NCBI GenBank assembly: GCA_028534125.1
Contig: CM052816.1
Span: forward strand, 99,822,001-99,886,000
DNA length: 64,000 nucleotides
Reading direction: 5' to 3'
Source: Lama glama
Lineage: Eukaryota
The position numbers and the translations under genes were made by a program. Positions 51,150 through 62,479 of the stretch are shown here, in pieces (within the stretch, counting starts at the first letter, position 1; every line of letters starts with the position of its first letter). The notes under the pieces are model-generated. The model saw only the letters and a program-made list of their open reading frames with translations, ran no database searches and had not been told where the DNA came from.

Positions 51150-52020
51150 GGACATTAGAAACAGAAGGCCCGGACGAAGCAAGAGAAAGACGAGAAAGGG
51201 AGAAGAGAAGGAAGAAGTAAGAGAACTAGATTCAAACTAGAGCATTTTGCCTCCGGACCAGAAAATATCAGAATATTAACATGATGAAAAATGTAATGGT
51301 TGAAGCACAGACCACAGTAGATGAGGAGGGCAGAGGACAGGCAGGCGACGCAGACGATGGGCCGGAGAAGCTCCCCAGGAGGCAGGAGAAGATGCAAAGG
51401 AAGTAGAAACATGAAGGAAAAGATAAACACTTCCACATAACGGATGTCCGAAATAGAGGAAAAAAATCATAGAGAACATTGTTCAAAATGGAGATGAAAG
51501 AGCTTATGTTGCAAGTATTTGCAGGGGACCAAAGAGACCAGGGAACACAAAAACCCCATTTAAGACACATCGTAGGAATAACAAAACAAAGGGAAACATT
51601 TAATAGCTTCAAGAGAAAAAGGGCAAATCAGCTACAAGAACGTTGTTAGATTTCCCCACAGCAACACAGGTCGCAGAAGAACATGAGTTAATATTCCCAA
51701 ACTAATGGGGGGGTCCTGCAAACTGTTATTACCTGTCCAGTCAAATTCTTGTTTAAATGTGAAAACAGATTTAAAATGTCCTCAGACACACAGAATCTTA
51801 AGAGGATTTGATACAGAAAGATGCATCTTGAAAACATTCTTGGAGAAGGTTCAAATGTTAAAATATAATAATAATAATAATTGATAATAATAATAATAAT
51901 AATAATATATCCAGAAGAGTTCTGCAAGAGATGGTTAGAGAGATCAGATAATTTAGTAAAAGTTTTTATACCAAAAGTAAGAATAAAAGAAAAGAAAGGA
52001 ATAAATCCATATTCACCCAA
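51150..52020 (+). mobile_element. Ancient L1M ORF1/inter-ORF remnant
   Basis: A-rich sense-strand sequence with L1 ORF1-like motifs (TTATTACCTGTCCAGTCAAATTCTTGTTTAAATGTGAAAACAGATTTAAAATGTCCTCAGACACACAGAATCT). Confidence 0.55.
51866..51908. repeat. (ATA)n microsatellite
   Basis: Interrupted ATA run. Confidence 0.9.
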
Positions 52021-52129
52021 AACTAGACTTAAGAAATTCCTCATAATGTAAACAGGAAATAGGCAAAAAGAAAAGCTCTCAAAGGCTCGTGAGAACACGT
52101 TGAAGTCTTGGAGCGTCCGACAGAGACGT

Positions 52130-53690
52130 GGACATCTTCTAATGCGTCAAGTTGCCAGTGTTCCCCAAACTGATCTATAGATTCCATTCAAACATTAACA
52201 AAATCCCAGAAGGCTTTTTTAAAAAAGAAACAGGTAAGCTGATTTTACAATCTATATGGAAATGTAAAGAATGTAGAGTAGTGAAAATGATCTTGAAGAA
52301 GAGCGTATTTGGAAGACTGACACTGTCTGATTTTAAGACCTACTGAAAAGCGACAAGACCACTCAATACTGGCATACGGACAGGCCAACAGGTCAGTGGA
52401 ACAGAGCAGGTAGAGCCCAAGCAGACGGTCACATATAGTGCAGGTTGATTTTCGTCCAAAGTAGCAAGTAAATACAAAGGAAAAAAAGTATTTTTAATAA
52501 ATATTGTTAGAACAATAGACAGTCACATAGAGGGGGAAAAAAAAAGAAACCTGGATCTCATCTCTCTCCATACATAAACAATAGTCCAAAGGTGATCAGA
52601 CACCTAAATGTGAAACCAAAACTCATGTTTCTAGGAGAAAAAATAAGAATATTTTCTGTCTTGAGGTAGATACAGATTTCTAGGACAGGATATGAAAAGT
52701 AGAACCTACCAAAAATAAAACCAATTATTCAGCTTCGTCAAAATTAAAGATTTCTGCTAATTAAAAGATATCCTTGAGACAGTAAATCAATAAATCACAA
52801 ACTTAAAAAATACTGGTAACATGTACATCTAATATGTTTACATAACATTTTTGAAAGTTCAACCAAAAAATACAACCAAGTGTTTTTAAATTGAGTAAGC
52901 AATTTAAATGGGCATATAACCTTTGAAGGTATATGAATGGCCAACCAGCACATAGAAAGATGCTCAGTGTATTAGTCAACAAGGAAATGAAAATTAGAAT
53001 TGCAATGAGATACCATCTCATAGCTACCGAAATGATTAAAAGGCCAGGTAACAGAAACATTGGCACAAAAGTGGAGCAACTGGTAATCTCGTCCTTTGCC
53101 AGCACATGTGTAAAATGGTACAACACTTTGGAGAAGTGTTAGTTAGTTTCCTTAAAAGTTAAACATGCATATACCCTATGACCCCCCGTTCCACTGGTGG
53201 GTGTTTACTCAAGAAAAATGAAAACGTATGACTGTAAAAAGACCATACAAGAATGTATACAGCAGCTCTATTCATGATAGCCCAAATCGGAAATAACACT
53301 AATGTCCACCAAAAAAGAATGGAATTTTCAAAAACATGTATATGTATAAATTCATGGGGCAGAATGCTATTTAGCAATAAAAAGAAATAAAATACAGATA
53401 ATTGCATCTATGAATGATCTATAAACAAGTGTTAAACAATGGACATCAGACACTGAAGACCTGTATAATTCCTCTTATCAGGGGCACAAGAGCAAGCAGA
53501 GACATCTGTATGAGTCAGAATACCACCATCTTGGGGGACAGGACAGGCTGACTCGAAAGGATCTTGAGGGCTTCTGGAGTAAAGGAGATGTTCAGGTTAC
53601 AGGAGTGTATACAACTGCCCAAACTCATCAAACTGAAGACCTGAGTCATGCGTTTTATTGTAAGTAAATTTCACCTCAGTTCAAAAAAAA
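52130..53690 (+). mobile_element. L1M ORF2 3' part plus 3'UTR with poly-A
   Basis: ORFs PKLIYRF..I..KIP.GFF..TGKLIL..IWK.K..R..K.ILKK...G.LTL.DFKTY and HRKMLS.L...EM.I...MRYHL are L1 ORF2 C-terminal motifs. Ends ...CACCTCAGTTCAAAAAAAA. Confidence 0.9.
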
Positions 53691-53699
53691 TTGATAAAA

Positions 53700-54745
53700 G
53701 GTAATAAACATAATTGTGGGTTTATATTTCTAGGAAACCAGGACAAAAATAAAAATAAAACGTATAATTCCAACTTGTAATTAAAGTCTGATCTGTCCAA
53801 TAAAGAAGATGAAAGAGGAGTAAAAAATAAACAAGTAGATTGGAAACATGAGCTGAGAGTAGAAGTAAGTGCTAATATAATGGTAATGACATCAGTGAAA
53901 ATGTGTTGGACTCGGCAACAGGAAGACCAGGGATGCCAGATGGGGTTTCTTACGCGATAAATCCTCTAGCCCAAAAGAATGAAGAAAGGTTAAACAGAAG
54001 GACGGAAAAATACAGATAGGGGACTATTATGCATACAAAGATATAATGACAGTTTTAACATTTGACTAAATAAATATCAAGACAAAATTACTCAGAGGAA
54101 AAAGAGTAAAGTTATACTCCTAAAAATAGCTTATGACTACATGAATCTAGATGCACTTCACAATGTGTCCTCAAATATGCAAAACAACTGGTGAACCGAG
54201 AAGATAAATAGATGTATAAACAACATTGGTTGGAGATTTTAACCACCTTCTTCACCTGAAAGATACAAAAATAAACAGATAGAGGCTATATGAATAATGC
54301 AATGAATAAACTTCAGTGACTTTATCTGGAACTCTAACCCTGGCAGACAGAGGGCATGGTCTTTCTGGTTACTTGGTGCCTGTCCGCCACTGTTTCTTTC
54401 CTGTCTGCAAGGAGATAAACATAAAAGCCGAGAGTGTTTAAAACTTATAACTATTTGTTATTGCTGAGACCTCCACTTACATGATCTTTTTCCAGTATTT
54501 CATTTGTTGAACGCTGCAAAATAACGCGCTGTAACTGATTAGAAATTAACAAAAACAAGACGCCCAGATCCCTGGCCCTTCACCGCGGAATGTTTGAGGA
54601 GCACTGTTTCTGAGTGTACAAGGAACAAGTACAGACGTTGACTGTGTGCTAGCCCACAGATGAACGCACAATACGTTCTGAAGAGCCAGTGTCATAAAAC
54701 GATGTCCTCTTACTACAATGAATAAAACTATACATTACTTCGTAA
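53700..54745 (+). mobile_element. Ancient L1M ORF2 endonuclease-region remnant
   Basis: ACAACATTGGTTGGAGATTTTAAC corresponds to the (T)xxGDFN motif; A-rich L1-like composition. Confidence 0.6.
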
Positions 54746-54749
54746 GGTA

Positions 54750-55249
54750 CAAGCACACATCCTTTATTGCATTTCACTCCATTGTGCTTTGCAAATATTG
54801 CATTTTTTACAAGTTGAAAATCTGTGGTGACCCTGTGTTGAGCAAGTCTATCATCCAGCCCTGTCATTTCTCCAACAGCATTTGCTTACTTCGTGTCTCT
54901 GTGTCTTGTGTTTATAATTCTCGCTCTATTTCAAAATTTCCCTCACTTTTGTCTGTGTTAGAGTGGTCTGTGATCAGTGCTCATTGATGTGATTATTGCA
55001 AAAATATTGGCTTGCTGAAAGCTTAGACAATGGTTAGCATTTTTTAAAAATAAAGTATTCTTTAAATTAAAGTATGGACTTTGTTTTTACAGCCAATACT
55101 ATTGCACACTTAATAGACTACAGCACTGTATGAACATAACTCTTACACATGCATGGGAAACCAAAAAATGTGTGTGACTTCTTTTTGATAATCTCTTTAT
55201 TGCAGTGCTGGTTTGGAAACAAACCCACAGTATCTCCGAGGTATGCCCG
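54750..55249 (+). mobile_element. Internally deleted Tigger1 DNA transposon (Tigger1a_Art-like, about 500 bp)
   Basis: Starts TA|CAAGCACACATCCTTTATTGC...GAGCAAGTCTATC...TCCAACAGCAT and ends ...GGGAAACCAAAAAAT...TATCTCCGAGGTATGCCCG|TG. Both Tigger1 termini are present, with TA-type target dinucleotides. Confidence 0.9.
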
Positions 55250-55259
55250 TGTAACTCAA

Positions 55260-56190
55260 AGGCTCCCCCTATTTCTAGGATCTCAGCAATATACATTTTG
55301 CTAGAAAAGGAAGTAATAGAGGAAATTGTGAAATATTTAGAACCGAACAACATAATAATATATTTTAAAATGTGTGGATACATCTAGAATAGTATGTAAA
55401 GTAAAATTTATATGTTAAAATACTTTCTTTATGAGGCAAGAAAGATTGAAAACAAATGATCTAATCAAAGGGAAAATATGTTCAATTTATTACATTAAAT
55501 AGGGATTGATTTTAATGAAAAACACATGGGCCAAGTTAGAAACAGATAACAGATTGAGAGAATATATCTGCAATGTCTAAAACCAGCCAGGGGCCACGTT
55601 ATCTAGAATATGCAAGAAATGTCTATAAATCAAAAATCAAAAGCGCAACAGACACGAAGGCAAAGAGCAAGAAGAGGAAATTCTCAGGACGGGGAAACCC
55701 GAAATGCTAACGAGACGTGAAAAGATGCTCAGGTCCATTGGTGACTGGAGAACTGAAGGTTACAACAGCAAGACCTCCCTTCGTACCCACCGGACTGGCG
55801 AGTATTTGGAAGCTGAGCTGACACGCTTTGGCAGCTAAGCAGGAGAAGGAAGGCAGCCCGTCCTGCGGCGGCCCCGGGATGCTCACGGCCCTTCAAAGAG
55901 TAAACTGGCGCGACTGAGTTAAATTTAGTGCATATATGGCAGCGCAGCCAGCAATTCCACTCCCGGGAGCAGACAGTAGAGAGAACATAAGGGGCATGCA
56001 CAGTGTGTCCCCGCAGCATCCTGCGTGGTGACAGGGTCGGAGGGATTGTAAATATCGACACTTTGGGAAAAGGTGGGTAACACATGGCCATCGCGCACCA
56101 TGAAACCGTGAGTAGCAGCGGCCAGAGGCCCCGGACCGCACGAACGCTCGGTAACAGGGAGAGACCTCTGAAGTAAAATGAGGTTTAAGT
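55260..56190 (+). mobile_element. Ancient L1M ORF2 remnants (continuation after Tigger1)
   Basis: KEVIEEIVKYLE.N matches the L1 EEI..EI.KYLE motif; later GAGAATATATCTGCAATG, TGAAAAGATGCTCA and CCAGCAATTCCACTCC motifs. Confidence 0.7.
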
Positions 56191-56206
56191 GTTTTATCAT
56201 TAGTAT

Positions 56207-56846
56207 CTTGTTTTTTACAAAATGGTAGTAAAATACGTAAAATACAATTTACGGTTGAAATCAACTTACCCATGCAGAGTTCTGTGTCATTAAGCACGTT
56301 CACAAATTTGTGCAGCCACCACCCTCCATCTCCAGAGCTTTTTCATTACCCCAGACTGGAACTGTCCCCGTGAACCGCCAGCTCCTCAGCCCTCTCTCCC
56401 CCAGCCCCACCTTCTTTCTGCTTTCTGTCTCTATGAATTTGACTTCCCCAGAAACCTCAGTAGGTGGGACCATACAGCATTTATTCTTTTGTGACAGGTC
56501 TGTCTTACTTAGTGTCTTTAAGGCTCATCCATGCTGTAACCTGTATCAGAATCTCCTGCCTCTTTGAGGCTGAATAATAGTCCCTGGTGTGGACAGAGCA
56601 CACTGTATTTACCCACTCAACTGTTGACAGACAATTGGGTTGTTTCCGCCTTTTGGTTGTTGTGAAAGATGCTGCTGTGAACATAGGCTGACAAATATCT
56701 GTTTGAGTCCTTCCTTCAATTTTTTTTGTGTATACACTCAGAAATGGATTTGCTGGATCACAGCGTAATTCTAGGTTCAGTGGTTGAGGAACCTCCACAC
56801 TGTCTTCCCCAGGACCTACGCCAACTTGCATTCCCACTGGCAATGC
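56207..56846 (-). mobile_element. L1MB-type 3' end inserted antisense
   Basis: The minus-strand ORF DPANP.L..Y.K.......DIC.PMFTAA.FT..K..KQP.C.S..EWVN.V..VHT.DYYSA.KR.EI is the ORF2 C-terminus. TSD CATTAGTAT (56198-56206) / CATTAGTGT (56847-56855). Confidence 0.9.
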
Positions 56847-58849
56847 CATTAGTGTGCATGTGAAATACATGCACACAAGACAACAGTATTCATCTTTGTA
56901 AGGTCACACGGCTGCACAAAGGTACACATCTCACGCACTGCACAGGTGTGGGGTGAGGGGGTGCAAATAGAGAACGCAGATGCAGCAGAAGTGCAACCAG
57001 GAGATGAGGGGTCTTCCTCAGAGAACTGGAGTCCATGAGTGAGAAGCCCGGAGCCTGAGCAGTACCCCCCAGACCCAGAGCTGGCTCTTTGCTTATTTCA
57101 GGAACTTCAAACTTCTCTCTCTCCCCCCCCCTCTCTTGTTTTTATGAAATGGGAAGGAGTCAGTCTAAGCAGACGTGGAATATTCTTAGCAGTAAGGTGC
57201 TGCCTTCCCAGCAGAGCTGCCAGGGCGCACACTGTTCCTGGAAGGACGCTGCCCTTCCAGGTCATCAGCATTCCGCGCACTCCCCGACTATGGAGAAAGT
57301 TCCCTGGAGAAAGTCCCCTCTGGGGAGTTGCAGTGTGGAGTGCTTCATTGCTCCTGCAAGAATGAAAAAGCTCTCTAGAAGATGATCTAAAATTATTTGT
57401 ATCTACCTTTGCTTGGGCATTTCCAGTCTGCCTCCACATACATAATCAGATGACTAAGGCATGGTGGCAGCCGGGGGAAAAAGCCAAGGGAGCACCATTA
57501 AAATGTTGAATGAAATGGTTTACTTGGCAGCGTAACTTTCTTCTCAAAACCTAAACTGCATCCCTGCTTCACACATATGTGGCTCTTGGAAGAGACTGGG
57601 GAAGCATTTATGAGGAGGGCTGGCGAAACTAATAATTTGTTTATGTGGAAATTTTTTCCGGAACAGTGCACTGGGGAAGCATCTCCGCAATGAAATCGTG
57701 CAAAGGCCAAGGCAGCCCGCTTGCTTCTTTCCTACCACAAGGCATGGCACTCACAGACCGCTGCTGTTTAAAAGAAAGTTCTGGAGCCAACAGCAAGTGG
57801 TGCTCTGCCAGCAAACAGCAGACTCCTGCCCTGTGGTGCGGCAGTCTCTCTGGGGTGTGTGGCTGATGTGGAAGTCTCGTGGCCTGCACCCGGCCAGGTG
57901 GGGAAGAGGGAACACTATTTGCCACCTCAAAGGGGATGAGAGTTTTCCCTGGAGCATCTTGGTGGGCTCGGATGCAAAGGCCGGCTGGAGCGGACCACAC
58001 CACCTGCTCTCCAAGGCTGCCCACTTGTCCCCAAGTGGGGAGTGACAGGACTTCCAGGCTGCAAAGCCGTTCCCCTCCTGCACAGTAAGCAGAGCATCCA
58101 GTGCCCTGGACACAGAAGGGACACACAGGAGCCTGTGGGTGATGCCACAACTTCCCTTTCTCATCCCTTTGCTTTCAGGGCATCTGTGATTGCAGAAAGC
58201 TCTCCAGTGATGCGGCTCAGTCCTCACACGGAGCACTGCAGGAGTTTGCAGCGACTGGTGCAAATGGGCAGACTGAGTCCTGGGAGCAGGCTCCGCGGCT
58301 GAGATCTCCAGCACGTTCCGGGCTCGATGGGAGGAAAGAGTGCTGTGCTGGGGCCGAGTCCAGCATGAGACGCCCCCCAGTGTAACCGCTCAGCAGGAGA
58401 CTGAGTATCGGCCCGAGGGTCTAGAGCTGGAGAGGGCAAGTGAAGACAGTGAGAAAAAGCCTCAAACCAGGCAGAATGAGCCATAATAGAAACACACATT
58501 TTTGCCTGGAATTAGGAAATGACTAGATAAGGAATACAAGACATACGAATGGAATCTCAGTTTTCTGGTCTTTGCACTAACTCCCTTCCTTCCAGTAAAC
58601 AAGACAAAGTCACCTCAGGAGGCACTGTTAATTACAGAACGTGCTGTTTTACGTGGAGCAGAATTTCAATTAATAAAAATTTAAGAAGAATGGATCTTCC
58701 AGCGGATTAACGGGTCAACTGAGGATTAAGCTCAAGTCATTTTTATATCAATCTTATTGTTGGAAAACTTTCCAAAACACGTTAGCTCTAGGTCATTATG
58801 TCTCTACTCAGTAACATTCCCAGCAGAAATGTTTGAGACCTTTCCATGG

Positions 58850-58930
58850 ATTCACTTACTCCTGAAAATCGAGTGTCCACTGTGTGGGAGGCACTCTGAT
58901 AAAGCCCTGAAGGCACAGAAATAAAGAGCT
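58850..58930 (-). mobile_element. LINE-2 3' fragment
   Basis: TTCACTTACTC...GAGTGTCCACTGTGTGGGAGGCACT...CCCTGAAGGCACAGAAATAAA resembles the L2 tail. Confidence 0.45.
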
Positions 58931-59295
58931 TACTAATAGCACAAAGTGAAGAGTCTGATTTTCAGCCTTACCAGAGGGTCTCTGCTTCCTAACTGAAGAA
59001 TCTGATTCCTTTACAATTGCTGCTAGGATCCGTAGACTTGGTTATATCCCTTCAATCTCACTTTGTTGTTATTATTTATTTACTTGATTGCCTTCTTTTC
59101 CCTCTCCCTGAATTTTTTGTTGGTTTGATGCATTCCTCCTCCCCCTCATAAATTTAGAAATTCCACTTACTCTTTACTCCTTTCATCCTTACCTGCTCTT
59201 TCTTCACACTTACAACAAACACGTATCTCTTTAAAATATGAAACCAAGATAGTGACTTATCACATTATTCTATTCTCCACCTCCCCACCCCTGCT

Positions 59296-59328
<33 letters not shown>
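59296..59328. repeat. (CA)n microsatellite
   Basis: CA run with one AA interruption. Confidence 0.93.
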
Positions 59329-59639
59329 ATGTCTGCTCACATAAAACGTTGTGCTGACATGTTTAAAGTATTTTCACTTCAACACGGTTCCCTGTCTACC
59401 CTAAGATGTATTCTGTGGAACATAATTACTTCTAGCTTTTGGTTACAGAATTTAGTCGATTTTACTACGGATTGCTATAAGAATTTCCCTGGAAGTGTGT
59501 CTCTTCCATTCCCAGACACATAACTTACCATTTAATTGCACACTGCCGGGTAGCGCATGATCATGCAGAGCGACGCCTACGAAGGCTCAGCGTGGAGTAG
59601 CGCTGGCCGTTTCTGCTCTCTCCAAATCTGACCCAATGT

Positions 59640-60250
59640 GTTTGTGGTCCACCTAGAGTCCTCTTGAATACCTTCCTCATACAGACTCCAGTTTGTACAT
59701 TCTGACATGCATGTGTCTATGAACATCTTTCACCTAGTCAGGTCAGTGATAGCGTGGCTGTGTCAGTTACAGGCTGAGCCACCTGTAACTGACACAGCTA
59801 TGTTGTGCAATCTTTCCCTGGGTTTCATTTGCTCTGCTTGTACTTGAGAGAACTGAGGCGATGTGATGTCTCTGTTTTGTTAATGACTGAGTCATTGAGC
59901 CTAGAAGCTTATTAGAATTTTTCCTTTATTTTAGAGATGTCTAGGTCTATGTATTCGTTCACTATTATGATCAAAAAATGTGCACATCTTCTCAGCTCAG
60001 AAATTCCCATCTATCATTAGCTTAAATACTTTCCCACATACCCCGTTTCTGCCTCTGGAACACCAATCTTTCCTAGCAGATCTCTCAGATCTTTCCTCAA
60101 TTCTCTGAGCCTTTTTGCTCACAAGTCTTGTCTCTTGATGTTTTAGTTCTTCATTTTACAGGCCATTAATTTCTCATGTAATAGCATCTGTCTTCTTCCT
60201 TAATTTATATCTTAATTTGTTATTTTTTTGCTAGTTTTATTCTTTGGTTC
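59640..60250 (-). mobile_element. Ancient L1 (ORF1 region) remnant, antisense
   Basis: T-rich, with TCTTCTCAGCTCAGAAATT...ATTAGCTTAAATACT...CCTCTGGAACACCA motifs typical of antisense old L1 ORF1. Very diverged. Confidence 0.45.
59749..59806 (+). other. Inverted repeat / hairpin (17-bp perfect arms, 8-nt loop)
   Basis: GCTGTGTCAGTTACAGG (59757-59773) is the exact reverse complement of CCTGTAACTGACACAGC (59782-59798). The stem extends 8 more pairs using G:U. Confidence 0.9.
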
Positions 60251-62479
60251 AGGCTTATGTCCTTGGGACTCCCAGGTCATGCTGGTTCCAGCAGAGAGAA
60301 AGTGTGAAAACAAGTGTGTTCCTTGCTCTGCCTGTCAGCCTGGCACCCCAGGTCCTCTCACCCCAGGGATGGTGGACAGGCTGGCCTGAGCACTTCCAGC
60401 TGAAGGAAAGGCAGATGCACAGGCCTTTGCTCAGAATCTCCACAAAATCAAGATACAAAGGTTAAAAGTACAGAAGGTTCAAACAACCTAAAAAGAACCA
60501 GGAAAGTGCTTAGCAGCCCTGCACTGCACACAGACACACCACGCACCCACGCTCACCCCACAGTCTACTCACCAGGGTTCAGTCATAGCGAAACCACTAG
60601 ACATGATGTAGGATTAAGAGTTTCTTACATAGATTTGACTTGATGCCCTTGCGGAAGCTGCTAACACATCTTTGGTGTCAGGCTCTGAGCCTGAGGTTCC
60701 TGGGCAGGTGGCTGAGATTGAAAGACAGGCCTGAGGTGGGAGCTGCAGGAAGAGCTGAACTTCCTGGAAACCCTGCAAAAGGAGCTTGAACCTGCACTGA
60801 GCTCCCCCCGGTACCTTTGGGGGTCTCTCCCCCTCCCTAGGCCTCCAGCCTGGGTGTCCTCCATCCATACAGATGTGCCTTTCAGCAGAATCTGCACCCC
60901 CAGCCCCGCCTCCAAGGCCACCATCATCCCCACGCTCCTTCCTGCAGAGCCCAGGCAGGACAGATGCTGGTTAACATGGCCCCCCACCTGTGGCCACATA
61001 TCAACACAGTCCACCCCACACAAGGCACAGGACACCACATCCTCCCCAGAGCCCAGGGCTGGGAGTGTGGACTCCAGCTCCCGGTGACAGTGTGGATGGC
61101 AGCTTCTCACTCCGGGTGGCCACCCCTAACCCATCTCTGCCAGTAACACCATTCTTTCCACATCCCCCCCAGAATCGTCCCTTTCTTGGGAAGGAATGCC
61201 CCATTTCAAGGGCAAAAAAAATCATACCAAACCAAAGTGCTCACGCGCTATTCTATGTATCTAAACCCCGGGATTAAAATCCGAGTGTTACGTGGAGTCA
61301 GAGGTCCATTAGCAGCTGGCCTCAGTACGTAACGTGTTCTTAAGTTATACTTAGTGTTGGAAGTAGAAAAAGCGGAGGGGCTATGATTAGTGTTTACATT
61401 AAAGCCGGTGGGAGCACGGTGGGTAAGCGCGCCTCCCCTCACTAAGGCTCGGGCTAACCCAGATCCAGGCCACACTCACTTGATGGGTTTAAAGGGCTTT
61501 ACATGAAGTGTGGTTCATATTGAATTTCTTTGCTTCTTGTTTTGAAGGTCCCTGAAGACACGGCAACTACAAAGCAGCCCTGAAGAACAGGGATGTGGAA
61601 CAGATGCTACGTAGGCACTTCCACATAATGAAGACTCCTGATGATCCCCGATGCCCAATTAGCCCGCAGCTGTGCCGCGGCTCCCACGCAGGGCGTGATG
61701 GACGCAGGCGGCACTGACTCGAGGAAAACCGCGATTGCTCTGGGCACAGGCGACGCCAGTCAAAGGGGACGTCTGTGCCAACTGACACCACGGGTTTTCA
61801 GACCCAGGTTAGCCAGGAACCCAGCTTTGCACTAACATAGACCAAGTAGTCAAGGAATAATTGCGTGATAAAGGCTATGTTCTCTGAGAGGGGGGAAGAA
61901 ATCTGGTATTTTCTGCACCTAGGTCCAAACTCTACCCCGACGTTTACCAGTAAGCAAGCATTACTTGGCGGTGGAAGGCATTTCCGTCCTTGGCCCTAAT
62001 CAGAAGGTAGTGAGGGACAGTTTGGGGAAAGACGCTGCCTTTCCGCGGGGGTTTCTGTGTCCTGAGTGGGAGGTCAGGGAGAGTTGCGGGGCTGCTCAGA
62101 GACGGAAGGCTCACCACCTGCTTTCCTGGTTTTTGAACAGTGAACGCACCAGCAAACTCCACAGACGTTGCTTCTGAGAAATTCCAGCTTGAAGAATAAT
62201 TTCACATGAAACAAAGCAAGAGATTTCCACACTTTCTCTAAGGGACCTCCTAGTCTTACACTCAACTCCGTGCCCTGACGATCATACGACGTTTAGACCG
62301 GCCGGAGCTTGGAAGACCAGGCTCAGCCTCATTTAAGAATTCAGTATTTTTGTATCAAAAGCCAGCTAACTTAGGATTTATTGAGCTTCCTTAATATCAA
62401 GGTTTTTGTCTTTTACCTTCTTTGGAAAATGACCGCCAGTCATCATCTCTTTCTGTTTTTGCCAAATAGAAAGTACCTA

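Noticed and set aside
60727..60815. Keratin-like coil peptide (WELQEELNFLETLQKEL) on the plus strand
   Set aside because: The similarity is only about 10 residues and does not extend on either side.
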